Position numbers and translations under genes: made by a program
Notes under the pieces: generated by a model
What the model saw: the letters and a program-made list of their open reading frames with translations, nothing else
What the model was told of the DNA's origin: nothing
Databases searched by the model: none
Shown: positions 12,801-26,666 of the stretch, in pieces
Position numbering within the stretch: position 1 is the first letter of the stretch
Layout of the letters: every line of letters starts with the position of its first letter
Source: Octopus sinensis
Lineage: Eukaryota
Assembly: GCF_006345805.1 (NCBI RefSeq)
Contig: NC_043002.1
Coordinates: 58,156,001 to 58,220,000, forward strand
DNA length: 64,000 bases
Reading direction: 5' to 3'

Positions 12801-13845
12801 CTCGATATTGGCCAGACAGTCATATATAATCTGATCATATTCATTTGAGTATCTTTCCACAAAACTAGTTATAGTATAGTTGGCCTATGGCATTCTCTCG
12901 TCTTAAAATTTGCAGGTGGCCACAATAATCGTTGCAATATTGTTAGTGGTGTGGAGGACATTATTGTCTTCATTTCACCAACAGACATTTGAGGTCGTTT
13001 TTTGTTTTTGATAAGTAAGATCATGTGTTTATGATTACTCTGGTGTTGAGTTTCATTTGCATCAAATCTGCGGTTAGGAGACCTCATAAAGCTTAGTTTT
13101 TTCTTGTGTGTCAAACTCTCTATATGTTCATTCAGGTTTTACATCCAAATAAATGGTGGAGAAGAAAGTACTAAAGATGAGAAAACTTAATGCAGAAGAA
13201 GCTAGAGAGTTGTGAAGTAATATTTGGGATAAGCCAGTAAATCATAATAGAGTTGCAGAATGGTTAAAGAACTGAGGGAAGAAGTTGTCAGTTGGAAGCA
13301 GCCAGTTCTAAAACTAAATAGATCATTAATGAGCAAAGTTTTAGGAAATATGCTGAATTAGATGGTCCAGGAAGTGATTTAGTTCAAACGTTCTGATTAC
13401 AGAAAGTTAGTACCTTACTTGAGGGACTGAGGGAATAATTACAAGATCCAATGTATGGACTAGTAATAATGGATGATTAGAGGGGCATCACTGCTTCTTA
13501 TTTAAGACAAATGCAAAGCTAATATTGCTAGTAATTATAGATTAGTCATGCGCTTACTAACAGTGTGGAAGCTACTAGCAGCAATAACCACAGAAACCAT
13601 TTACGAGTACCTTCACAACCAGAATCTGCTGCAAGAAGAAAAGAAATGGTGCAAGATAAAAATATTCATGAAACATTTGTTACGAAGCTTACAGAATCCT
13701 TTAGATGAATTAGTACTGAAAAGGCACGAGCTTGTGGAAAGTGACCTCAATTTCTTCTTCACATCACAACTAAAAGATTTTTCAAAAACAAAATTAAAAT
13801 TCTGGTGAGTAGACAGCAGGAAGACATCGATAACGATACTAATTA
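9890..13845 (+). repeat. Chimeric R4/Dong-derived ~1.1-kb tandem repeat block
   Basis: Same unit as 1-3700, with anchors at about 10883, 11888 and 13056. Interrupted at 13846 by the Chapaev element. Confidence 0.8.
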
Positions 13846-15218
13846 CACTGGTCAACAGCCAATTTCCATCAGGGATATTATACGGTGTTTTATATGTAGT
13901 TTTGTTAACAGTTTTCAAAAATGTAATCGGTTTCCTTCTATCAGGCACAGTTTTTCTGATGAGATTAGAGAGGCATATAACCCCCATCTGCAGTATCGCT
14001 ACACGTTAACGTTTTATACAGGTACATGCTGATTTCTGTTTTGTAACTATTTCTATTCATTTTGTAATTTTATGTTTTCATAATCTTTACTTTTCATAAA
14101 TTTTACTTTCTGTTTAAGATCCCAAGTCATCATCATCATCAAATGGATTAAGGGATTGGCTAAATAAGAGGAAGAGAGCAATACCGTTTGCAATACCTAT
14201 GGTATAGAGAGAGCCAAAGGATCATTTCATGGACTGTTATTTCTGCAACGTTAATAATGTATGTGGGTTTACTGTAAAGACCAAGTATAAGATTGTGTAT
14301 CCCAACTTGGAATCAGCAAGAAGACCAGTGCCACACAACGATGATGATCTTCCTATTCCAATACCACAAGAAAATAGCCTTCAGATGTCTGACGAAGATA
14401 TATTTCTTGAAGAAAATACTACTGCTGTGGAAGACACCAAATTGGATGCAGATTTCAGGATTGAAAATGAAGACGTACCACAGAAATTTTCTCAGGGAGA
14501 GTTAAATGATTTAGTTAGAGACTTGTCATTGTTGAAGGATAAAGCTGAACTCGCCTACAAGAAGAGTGTCTGCTTAAGAAAGATGTTTATATTACTCATT
14601 TCAGGAAGAGAAATAGGATCTGACTTCATGCTTCTCTGTTGATGGACCACTTTGTTTCAGTAATAACACTGATGAGTTATTTTGCTATTTGTTCCAAGAG
14701 CATGTTCCAGCTTAATGGCACTTTTTCATTGATTCATCTAAGAGAAGCCTCAAGGCAGTACTACTACACAACGGCAATAAATTTTGCTTTCTGTTTAAGA
14801 TCCCAAGTCATCATCATCATCAAATTCTACTCAGGATGTGAAGGAATAGCAAGAACAGTCCTGATATATTTTGTCATGTCTGTGATTCATTTACCACCAA
14901 AGCTCATCAACGTGCCATCACAAGTGAAATCAAGATCTACCAGTTATACTTTGGATGCTTTCTCGAGGATCAAGATAAGAGTTGGGTCCTGCATATCATC
15001 TGCTCAGCTTGTTCAAATGGATTAAGGGATTGGCTAAATAAGAGGAAGAGAGCAATGCCGTTTGCAATACCTATGATATAGCGAGAGCCAAAGGATCATT
15101 TCATGGACTGTTATTTCTGCAACGTTAATAATGTATGTGGGTTTACTGTAAAGACCAAGTATAAGATTGTGTATCCCAACTTGGAATCAGCAAGAAGACC
15201 AGTACTACACAATGATGA
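13846..15218 (+). mobile_element. Chapaev3-type (CMC superfamily) DNA transposon remnant, rearranged, 3' end lost
   Basis: 5' TIR CACTGGTCAA at 13846. Frames ..REPKDHFMDCYFCNVN and, in a second 5' fragment (14781-15218), KNSPDIFCHVCDSFT..YFG..DQDKSWVLHIICSACSNGLRDW..MPFAIPM, a Chapa-type Zn-binding N-terminus. Confidence 0.75.
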
Positions 15219-15219
15219 A

Positions 15220-17105
15220 AGCTAGTAATTATAGATCAGTCACTTGTGGAAGCTGTTAACAGCAACGCTCTCAGAAAGCATTTCCGAGCATCTTGACAAC
15301 CAGAATTTGCTGCAAGAAGAAAATGAATGCTACAATATAATATTCTTGAAACATTTCTTTCGAAGGTTACAGAATGCTTTAGATGAATTATTACTCAAAA
15401 GGCGCAGGCGTGTCGAAAGTGATCTCCCTTTCTTCATCACATCACAGCCAAAAGAGTTTTTTTTAATGAAATACAAAATCTGATAAGTAGATGGAAGGAA
15501 GTCATTGATAATCATGGTAATTATAAAAAAGGATGATTAAATTTGATAAAATGTGACATTCAGTCGGTTTTCTTTCTTACTGCTTATTAGATGACCTGAT
15601 ACATTTGCAACAGTTTGGGTGAAGATCAGATATTTACATTTTCCTACAAATGGTAGCCCCCCGATATTCGCTAGTCAGTTATATATAATCTGACCATATT
15701 CATTCGTGTATCGTTCCACAAAACTAGTAATAGTGTTGTTAGATTATGGCATCTTCCCATCGTTAACCTTGCAGTAGGTGTGCAGGTGGCACCAGTAAGC
15801 CTTGCATTATTGTTGGTGGGGTGAAGGATATTATTGTCTTCCTTTCTCCAATAGACGTAATTGGTCGGGTTTTCGATTTGATAACTAAGAACATCTGTTT
15901 ATCAATGCGCTGGTGTTGAATTGCATTCACATCAAATTTATGGACTGGAAAAATCTTAAAGTTTACTTGTTTATTGCCTGCCATTCTTTCTATATGTTCA
16001 TTCAGGCTCTACAGCCAAAACAAAATGATGTAGAAGAAAGTACTGAAAATAAGAAAACGTTATGCAGAAGAAGATCGGAAATTGTGGAGTAATATTTGGT
16101 ATAAGCCAGTCAACCATAATTAAGATGCAATATGATGCTTACTGGGCCACCTCCACGCCTATAGCAGGGGTGAAAATAGGAAACTGAATTAAACCAACAG
16201 TACTATTACTAGTTTTGTGGAAGGAAACACAAATGAATATGATCAGATTATATATGTTTGACTGGTCAATATCGAGGGAATACACCAAGGGGCTACAATT
16301 TGTAGGAAGAAGAAAACGACTTATCTTAACAATCACTTTCAATTCTTACCCAAAATTCGGATATTACTTGGTAGATAACCCGATACATTTGCTATAGTTT
16401 GGGTTAAGGTCAGTTATTTACTTCTTTCAACAAATTCTAGTCTCTTGGTGTATTCCTTCGATATTGGCCAATCAGTCATATATAATCTGACCATATTCGT
16501 TTGTTTCCTTCCACAAAACTAGTAAAAGTGCTGTTCGTTTAATCAGTTCCCCCTTTTTAATTCAGTTTCTCCTTTTAGTACTCAAAAGGAGCATGGGTGT
16601 CGAAAATCACTTCACTTTCTCCTTCACACTGAAACCAAAAGTGCTTTCACAAATGAAATTTAAAATATGATGTGTAGTTAGGAGGAAGTCATCGAGAATG
16701 ATGCTAATTATTAAAAGGATGTTTAAAGTTTGATAAAATGTGAGATTAAATCACTTTCAATTCTTACCCAAAATTCGGATATTATTCGAATTATTACATG
16801 ACCTGATACATCAGCTACAGTTTGAGTTAAAGTTATATATATAATCTGATCGGATTCACTTATGTTTCCTTCCACAAAATTAGTAATTGTGGTCTGGGCT
16901 TATGGCATTTTCCCATTGTAAACCTTGTAGTAGGAATGGAGGTGTCCCCAGTAAGCGTTGCATTATTGTTGTTTGTGTTTAGGACATTATTGTCTTCCTT
17001 TCTCCAACAGGAGTAATTGGTCCAGTTTTCTATTTAGGAACTAAGAACATCTGTTTATTATTGAGCTGGTGTTCTGTAGCATTGTCATCAAATCTGAGGA
17101 GAGAA
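15220..17105 (+). repeat. Chimeric R4/Dong-derived repeat block containing a local inversion
   Basis: Matches 41940-43815 and 39325-40640. Segment 16139-16330 is inverted. Confidence 0.8.
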
Positions 17106-17499
17106 AAAATATTATTATTATTATTATTATTATTGTTATTATTATTATCATTATTATTATACTCTTTTCTACTAAAGGTACAAGCCTTCGCTAATAAAAA
17201 GACAAGTGTTAAAAAAAAAGAATGATTTTTAACTAGCAGCATTCAATTATTAAACATTCATAATTGGAATGGATAAATAAAATTGAATGTTATGCATTAA
17301 TAGAATTTTGATCTACGCAGTTACGTGAGGCTACGTGGCAAAAAATATATGATACGTTGCTTACTCAGCCTCTCTCTTGACATCAGTATCTACCTGTTTC
17401 ATCCTCTGAGAGAGTCGACACAACATTTTCACTGGATCATTTTAGGACACAACATTGAATTAAATACCTCAATTTCTACTCATTCCAAGTCATAACACA

Positions 17500-17795
17500 A
17501 TAATTATGGGTAAGAAAAGTTTTGTTTTTATATTATGATAATTAATTTTATGGGATGTGTATAAGATTACATCATGATCGCCGCAATGAAAAAGCAGCAA
17601 GAAGGAAGGTAGCCATATTGGAAATGAACAAGTGAATTATGATTTAATAATATTTTCTTAAATTTTTTGCATTGTTTTTCGAAACGTACGTAGGCATAGA
17701 ATCCAGTTTTGTAATAAATCTATTTCTGTTTCAACATCTCTCCATTTTTTAAAATTTGTTTATCGTATATTCTTATACCTATAACGAATCTCCTC

Positions 17796-17844
<49 letters not shown>

Positions 17845-20568
17845 TGTATGTATGTATGTATGTATGTATGTATGTATGTATGTATGTATGTGTGTGTGTG
17901 TGTCTCTGTCTGTCTGTGTGTGTCTGTGTGTGTCTGTGTGTGCGTATTGTCATATATACACCTTATAACTGCTATCCTGTAATAAAATTATTACTTAGAA
18001 TTAAAAAGTATTACATTTTCCAGTCTTCTGTCAATTGAATGAACTTACAAAGCTTTAATTGGCCCCGGGACCTTTGTAGAAAGTGCAATAGGGTTGAACA
18101 CAATATGTCGTTGTAAAGCGAAGTTGTTAATGCCTCAAAATTGCTCTTCTATTTTTCGTCTTTCGTTTTCTACTATCGTCCCATCAACCGAACAGATATA
18201 AACATATTATATACGAGTATATAAGTTATATAGACTAGTAGAAGCAGTAGTGAATTTTTTTGTTTTACATTAAGGACATTAGAATCATGTACCATCTCCA
18301 GAAGATTGCCTTTAATTTCGCAGGTATTTGGTACTAACATTTGTTTATGAAATCAAGTGTTTATTTCACAGTAGCAAGAGAAAAAGAAGCCGAACTCGAT
18401 TAAAGCGGACTGTAATTATTTATGAGTATACAGGGTTGGTCAACACCTGACGGTAAATCAAAACACATTTAATTCTAAGATTAAAACAAAAAAAAATTAT
18501 TTTATATCAGACTTCGCTAATAAAAAGACAAGTGTTAAAAAAAAAGAATGATTTTTAACTAGCAGCATTCAATTATTCATAATTGGAATGGATAAATAAA
18601 ATTGAATGTTATGCATTAATAGAATTTTGATCTCCGCAGTTACGTGAGGCTACGTGGCAAAAAATATATCATACGTTGCTTACTCAGCGCCTCTCTCTTG
18701 AAATCAGTATCTACCTGTTTCATGCTCTGAGAGAGTCGACACAACATTTTCACTGGATCATTTTAGTACACAACATTGAATTAAATACCTCAATTTCTAC
18801 TCATTCCAAGTCATAACACAATAATTATGGGTAAGAAAAGTTTTGTTTTTATATTATGATAATTAATTTTATGGGATGTGTATAAGATTACATCATGATC
18901 GCCGCAATGAAAAAGCAGCAAGAAGAAAGGTAGCCATATTGGAAATGAACAAGTGAATTATGATTTAATAATATTTTCTTAAATTTTTCGCATTGTTTTT
19001 CGAAACGTACGTATGCATAGAATCCAGTTTTGTAATAAATCTATTTCTGTTTCAACATCTCTCCATTTTTTAAAATTTGTTTATCGTATATTCTTATACC
19101 TATAACGAATCTCCTCATATATATATATATATATATATGTGTGTATGTATGTATGTATGTATGTATGTATGTATGTATGTATGTATGTATGTGTGTGTCT
19201 GTCTGTGTGTGTGTCTCTGTCTGTCTGTGTGTGTCTGTGTGTGTCTGTGTGTGCGTATTTTCATATATACACCTTATAACTGCTATCCTGTAATAAAATT
19301 ATTACTTAGAATTAAAAAGTATTACATTTTCCAGTCTTCTGTCAATTGAATGAACTTACAAAGCTTTAATTGGCCCCGGGACCTTTGTAGAAAGTGCAAT
19401 AGGGTTGAACACAATATGTCGTTGTAAAGCGAAGTTGTTAATGCCTCAAAATTGCTCTTCTATTTTTCGTCTTTCGTTTTCTACTATCGTCCCATCAACC
19501 GAACAAATATAAACAAAATATAAAAAATATTAAAAAAATATAAAAAATAATTATGGGTAAGAAAAGTTTTGTTTTTATATTATGATAATTAATTTATGGG
19601 ATGTGTATAAGATTACATCATGATCGCCGCAATGAAAAAGCAGCAAGAAGAAAGGTAGCCATATTGGAAATGAACAAGTGAATTATGATTTAATAATATT
19701 TTCTTAAATTTTTCGCATTGTTTTTCGAAACGTACGTATGCATAGAATCCAGTTTTGTAATAAATCTATTTCTGTTTCAACATCTCTCCATTTTTTAAAA
19801 TTTGTTTATCGTATATTCTTATACCTATAACGAATCTCCTCATATATATATATATATATATATGTGTATGTATGTATGTATGTATGTATGTATGTATGTA
19901 TGTATGTATGTATGTATGTATGTGTGTGTGTGTCTCTGTCTGTCTGTGTGTGTCTGTGTGTGTCTGTGTGTGCGTATTGTCATATATACACCTTATAACT
20001 GCTATCCTGTAATAAAATTATTACTTAGAATTAAAAAGTATTACATTTTCCAGTCTTCTGTCAATTGAATGAACTTACAAAGCTTTAATTGCCCCGGGAC
20101 CTTTGTAGAAAGTGCAATAGGGTTGAACACAATATGTCGTTGTAAAGCGAAGTTGTTAATGCCTCAAAATTGCTCTTCTATTTTTCGTCTTTCGTTTTCT
20201 ACTATCGTCCCATCAACCGAACAAATATAAACAAAATATAAAAAATATAAAAAAATATAAAAAATAATTATGGGTAAGAAATGTTTTGTTTTTATATTAT
20301 GATAATTAATTTTATGGGATGTGTATAAGATTACATCATGATCGCCGCAATGAAAAAGCAGCAAGAAGAAAGGTAGCCATATTGGAAATGAACAAGTGAA
20401 TTATGATTTAATAACATTTTCTTAAATTTTTCGCATTGTTTTTCGAAACGTACGTATGCATAGAATCCAGTTTTGTAATAAATCTATTTCTGTTTCAACA
20501 TCTCTCCATTTTTTAAAATTTGTTTATCGTATATTCTTATACCTATAACGAATCTCCTCATATATATA

Positions 20569-20604
<36 letters not shown>

Positions 20605-21303
20605 TGTATGTATGTATGTATGTATGTATGTATGTATGTATGTATGTATGTGTGTGTGTGTGTCTGTGTGTGTGTCTCTGTCTGTCTGTGTGTGTCTGTG
20701 TGTGTCTGTGTGTGCGTATTGTCATATATACACCTTATAACTGCTATCCTGTAATAAAATTATTACTTAGAATTAAAAAGTATTACATTTTCCAGTCTTC
20801 TGTCAATTGAATGAACTTACAAAGCTTTAATTGGCCCCGGGACCTTTGTAGAAAGTGCAATAGGGTTGAACACAATATGTCGTTGGAAAGCGAAGTTGTT
20901 AATGCCTCAAAATTGCTCTTCTATTTTTCGTCTTTCGTTTTCTACTATCGTCCCATCAACCGAACAAATATAAACAAAATATAAAAAATATAAAAAATAT
21001 ATAAAAAATAATTATGGGTAAGAAAAGTTTTGTTTTTATATTATGATAATTAATTTTATGGGATGTGTATAAGATTACATCATGATCGCCGCAATGAAAA
21101 AGCAGCAAGAAGAAAGGTAGCCATATTGGAAATGAACAAGTGAATTATGATTTAATAATATTTTCTTAAATTTTTCGCATTGTTTTTCGAAACGTACGTA
21201 TGCATAGAATCCAGTTTTGTAATAAATCTATTTCTGTTTCAACATCTCTCCATTTTTTAAAATTTGTTTATCGTATATTCTTATACCTATAACGAATCTC
21301 CTC

Positions 21304-21350
<47 letters not shown>

Positions 21351-22031
21351 TGTATGTATGTATGTATGTATGTATGTATGTATGTATGTATGTGTGTGTG
21401 TGTCTCTGTCTGTCTGTGTGTGTCTGTGTGTGTCTGTGTGTGCGTATTGTCATATATACACCTTATAACTGCTATCCTGTAATAAAATTATTACTTAGAA
21501 TTAAAAAGTATTACATTTTCCAGTCTTCTGTCAATTGAATGAACTTACAAAGCTTTAATTGGCCCCGGGACCTTTGTAGAAAGTGCAATAGGGTTGAACA
21601 CAATATGTCGTTGTAAAGCGAAGTTGTTAATGCCTCAAAATTGCTCTTCTATTTTTCGTCTTTCGTTTTCTACTATCGTCCCATCAACCGAACAAATATA
21701 AACAAAATATAAAAAATATTAAAAAAATATAAAAAATAATTATGGGTAAGAAAAGTTTTGTTTTTATATTATGATAATTAATTTTATGGGATGTGTATAA
21801 GATTACATCATGATCGCCGCAATGAAAAAGCAGCAAGAAGAAAGGTAGCCATATTGGAAATGAACAAGTGAATTATGATTTAATAATATTTTCTTAAATT
21901 TTTCGCATTGTTTTTCGAAACGTACGTATGCATAGAATCCAGTTTTGTAATAAATCTATTTCTGTTTCAACATCTCTCCATTTTTTAAAATTTGTTTATC
22001 GTATATTCTTATACCTATAACGAATCTCCTC

Positions 22032-22078
<47 letters not shown>

Positions 22079-22745
22079 TGTATGTATGTATGTATTATGT
22101 ATGTATGTGTGTGTGTGTCTCTGTCTGTCTGTGTGTGTCTGTGTGTGTCTGTGTGTGCGTATTGTCATATATACACCTTATAACTGCTATCCTGTAATAA
22201 AATTATTACTTAGAATTAAAAAGTATTACATTTTCCAGTCTTCTGTCAATTGAATGAACTTACAAAGCTTTAATTGGCCCCGGGACCTTTGTAGAAAGTG
22301 CAATAGGGTTGAACACAATATGTCGTTGTAAAGCGAAGTTGTTAATGCCTCAAAATTGCTCTTCTATTTTTCGTCTTTCGTTTTCTACTATCGTCCCATC
22401 AACCGAACAAATATAAACAAAATATAAAAAATATTAAAAAAATATAAAAAATAATTATGGGTAAGAAAGTTTTGTTTTTATATTATGATAATTAATTTTA
22501 TGGGATGTGTATAAGATTACATCATGATCGCCGCAATGAAAAAGCAGCAAGAAGAAAGGTAGCCATATTGGAAATGAACAAGTGAATTATGATTTAATAA
22601 TATTTTCTTAAATTTTTCGCATTGTTTTTCGAAACGTACGTATGCATAGAATCCAGTTTTGTAATAAATCTATTTCTGTTTCAACATCTCTCCATTTTTT
22701 AAAATTTGTTTATCGTATATTCTTATACCTATAACGAATCTCCTC

Positions 22746-22776
<31 letters not shown>

Positions 22777-23155
22777 GGTATGTATGTATGTATGTATGTA
22801 TGTATGTATGTATGTATGTATGTATGTGTGTGTGTGTCTCTGTCTGTCTGTGTGTGTCTGTGTGTGTCTGTGTGTGCGTATTGTCATATATACACCTTAT
22901 AACTGCTATCCTGTAATAAAATTATTACTTAGAATTAAAAAGTATTACATTTTCCAGTCTTCTGTCAATTGAATGAACTTACAAAGCTTTAATTGGCCCC
23001 GGGACCTTTGTAGAAAGTGCAATAGGGTTGAACACAATATGTCGTTGTAAAGCGAAGTTGTTAATGCCTCAAAATTGCTCTTCTAATTTTTCGTCTTTCG
23101 TTTTCTACTATCGTCCCATCAACCGAACAAATATAAACAAAATATAAAAAATATT
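17500..23155 (+). repeat. ~720-bp tandem repeat, 7 copies, each with a (TA)(TATG)(TG)(TCTG) microsatellite core
   Basis: Anchor 'aataattatgggtaaga' at about 17499, 18820, 19548, 20266, 21009, 21737 and 22451. Single copy in the paralogous region (45578). Confidence 0.93.
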
Positions 23156-23159
23156 TATA

Positions 23160-24850
23160 TGGAATAATGCTGATCGCCACCATTACTATAAAAAGACGGT
23201 ATTCTTTCTCTCCTTGCTTTCCGTTGACACACTGCTGGTACCAAATAAACTTTTTTTTTTGTCAGAGCTTGACTTTAGCATCTGAATGTAATAGTTTGTC
23301 GAAGTCGAAACATTTCTAGTATCAAATATTGATGAAATACTAATATCTTCACATTTCCTTCATCATTTTCTCATTTAGATATAAAATATATTTTGTTTGC
23401 GATCATTCTATTTGCGGCAATACGACTCGCAAATACATCCAAGCAATCAACAACAAATGATGCTGAGTTGGTATTGAAAACCATCGAAATATTATCGGGA
23501 GATGGAAAGATTCCTTTCAAAATTTATGTAAGTATTCACTTAATTCTCTAAGATTTAGTCATTTCTGTTTTATTCTATATTATGAAAGGTGCGTGTAAAA
23601 ACCGTCCCACGTTTTACAGTTTGACAAATGGAAAAGTAGAAAGTGTACGATCTACACCAATCCAAATTGTGATGATAACTAAAAAAGAAATGATGAAACC
23701 TTCCCCTCAATTACATAAAGACACAATTATTATCTGTTTAACTTCACTAGCATATTACCGAACCGCTAGGTTTTGAATACGTAAGCAAATGAACACCGAT
23801 ATATATTGACATTTCAATGTAGCACCTTCCGTTTTGGCTTGGGGGTCGCTGTTTACGTACATACTAGATAATTTTATCCAGTCTTTATATATCTAAAAAC
23901 ATTATTGTAACATATTCTCCTACAGTGCACACCGAGGTCTATAAACGAATGCTATCAATGTACTCTCGTTTTGAGAAACGTTCTTCCGTTTCCTCAGATG
24001 TACATTCAAGAGAAAATCCCCATGGACCAGAAGATATGTCTAAACTATTTTACAGTTAATTCAGATTTTAAAACCTTTCTTACTGACATGTTTTGTTTTT
24101 AATTTTCTACCCTGATAGAATGTTACATGTTGATGATAAAATCACATTCATTTTCGGTAGAAATAAATAATAAAATCATTACAAAGCCTTAACGTTTGAA
24201 ATTTTCGACAATCATAAACTTCCAAAGGCGACATACCCTAAGTCGCAATTTCCATGTGTTCACGATAACATTTTACCATTGTGAATCGTGAAAGAATTTT
24301 GTTTTTCAAGAAAAGAAATGAATGACAGAAAACGAAAAACATTGAGGAGCTGAAAGAAATAATGAAATGTAATAACAAGTCGTTTTTGCAAAGCGTTTTA
24401 GGTTAAAATGAGCTGTAAGACTTCCAAACTTATAACAGACAAGTTATTTTAAATTATGTGTATGGGGTGATCAAACTTTTAGTCGGTAGATTATAAATCT
24501 ATTTAAAGGGATTACTTTCTCATGATTTAATATTCTATAGAAAATAATAAATTGAAAATATTGACATACAAAAATATTGACATACAAAAAAATGTTATCT
24601 CTACTATTGCTACTTGTTCATGCATGCAATGTTGATTTTGATTGGTTAGTGTCACTATAGACCTAGGAAACCGGATATTCACCATTTAAGTTGTAGGACT
24701 CGAATCGCTCAATGCCCATTAATCTTACTTTTTACTTAGTCTGTTCCTCTTATAATAATTTATATTTTTTTCATACATTACAGAGGCCCTTGGATTCTCG
24801 TGACACAGTAGAAGATGAAACGCATTTATTACGAAAAGAAGCTTCAGCTT
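23160..24850 (+). pseudogene. Gene-like island, copy 1 (damaged paralogue of 46270-48940)
   Basis: Candidate exons 23379-23527, 23751-23780, 23823-23856, 23926-24033 and 24784 onward. Donor +1 is A at 24034 (G in copy 2), and the 206-bp exon is deleted. Confidence 0.5.
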
Positions 24851-26666
24851 TTCATCGACTATTGTCCACTCAAGTTACTTTTCTTCAACAATTGTCCAAT
24901 CAATTTACTTTACGTCGACTGCTGCCCAATCTAGTTACTTCTCATCGACTGTGGTCCACTCTAGTTTCTTTTCATCAACTGCTGTCCATTCTAGTTACTT
25001 TTCATCAACTGCTGTCCACTCTAGTTACTTTTCCTCAGCTATCGTCCACTCTAGTTACTTTTCATCAACTGTTGTCAATTCTAGTTACTTTTCATCAACT
25101 GCTGTCCACTCTAGTTACTTTTCATGGACAGTTGTCCACTCAAGTTACTTTTCATCAACAATCGTCCAATCAATTTACTTTACCTCGACTGCTGTCCACT
25201 CTAGTTACTTTTCATCGACTGTGGTCCACTCTAGTTACTTTTCATCAACTGCTGTCCACTCTAGTTACTTTTCATGGACAGTTGTCCACTCTAGTTACTT
25301 TACCTCAGCTACCGTCCACTCTAGTTACTTTTCATCGACTGCTGTCAATTCTAGTTACTTTTCATGAACAGTTGTCCACTCTAGTTACTTTACCTCAGCT
25401 ACCGTCCACTCTAGTTACTTTTCATCGACTACTGTCAATTCTAGTTACTTTTCATCAACTGCTGTCCACTCTAGTTACTTTTCATGAACAGTTGTCCACT
25501 CTAGTTACTTTACCTCAGCTACCGTCCACTCTAGTTACTTTTCATCAACTGTTGTCAATTCTAGTTACTTTTCATCAACTGCTGTCCATTCTAGTTACTT
25601 TTCATGGACAATTGTCCACTCTAGTTACTTTTCCTCAGCTATCGTCCACTCTAGTTACTTTCCATCAACTGTTGTCAATTCTAGTTACTTTTCATCAACT
25701 GCTGTCCACTCTAGTTACTTTTCATGGACAGTAGTCCACTCAAGTTACTTTTCATCAACAATCGTCCAATCAATTTACTTTACCTCGACTGCTGTCCACT
25801 CTAGTTACTTTTCATCGACTGTGGTCCAATCTAGTTACTTTTCATCAACTGCTGTCCACTCTAGTTACTTTTCATGGACAGTTGTCCACTATAGTTACTT
25901 TACCTCAGCTACCGTCCACTCTAGTTACTTTTCATCGACTGCTGTCAATTCTAGTTACTTTTCATGAACAGTTGTCCACTCTAGTTACTTTACCTCAGCT
26001 ACCGTCCACTCTAGTTACTTTTCATCGACTGCTGTCAATTCTAGTTACTTTTCATGAACTGCTGTCCACTCTAGTTACTTTTCATGGACAGTTGTCCACT
26101 CTAGTTACTTTACCTCAGCTACCGTCCACTTTAGTTACTTTTCATCGACTGCTGTCAATTCTAGTTACTTTTCATGAACAGTTGTCCACTCAAGTTACTT
26201 TACCTCAGCTACCGTCCACTCTAGTTACTTTTCATCGACTACTGTCAATTCCAGTTACTTTTCATCAACTGCTGTCCACTCTAGTTACTTTTCATGAACA
26301 GTTGTCCACTCTAGTTACTTTACCTCAGCTACCGTCCACTCTAGTTACTTTTCATCAACTGTTGTCAATTCTAGTTACTTTTCATCAACTGCTGTCCACT
26401 CTAGTTACTTTTCATGAACAGTTGTCCACTCTAGTTACTTTACCTCAGCTACCGTCCACTCTAGTTACTTTTCATCAACTGTTGTCAATTCTAGTTACTT
26501 TTCATCAACTGCTGTCCACTCTAGTTACTTTTCATGAACAGTTGTCCACTCTAGTTACTTTACCTCAGCTACCGTCCAATCTAGTTACTTTTCATCGACT
26601 GCTGTCAATTCTAGTTACTTTTCATCAACTGCTGTCCACTCTCTAGTTACTTTTCATCGACTGCTT
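24849..26666. repeat. 30-bp satellite, about 60 monomers
   Basis: Consensus ctagttacttttcatcaactgctgtccact with recurring variants; ends abruptly at a SINE fragment. Confidence 0.97.

Larger units (their letters stand above)
7160..26666 (+). repeat. Segmental duplication, copy 1
   Basis: Collinear and near-identical to 29545 onward, starting at 'ttaagaagatttaccatttgtcatag'. Offset is about 22.4-22.5 kb at first and 23.1 kb in the gene-like island. Confidence 0.93.

Noticed and set aside
23582-23776. ORF MKGACKNRPT.. (and 46692-46886) as a stand-alone gene
   Set aside because: Short, with no recognisable domain; its ATG lies in a polypyrimidine/acceptor-like tract. It might be an exon in another phase, but that path runs into TGA stops.
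24849-26666. Minus-strand reading WT(A/I/V)(V/A)(D/E)EK*LE under a TAA=Gln code, resembling the Myb/SANT W-T-x-x-E-E-x-x-L start
   Set aside because: It shares third positions with the + Ser/Thr frame, so it cannot be separated by eye. TAA is in every monomer, the flanking transposons use the standard code, and splice signals point to the + strand. A 9-residue motif match is weak.
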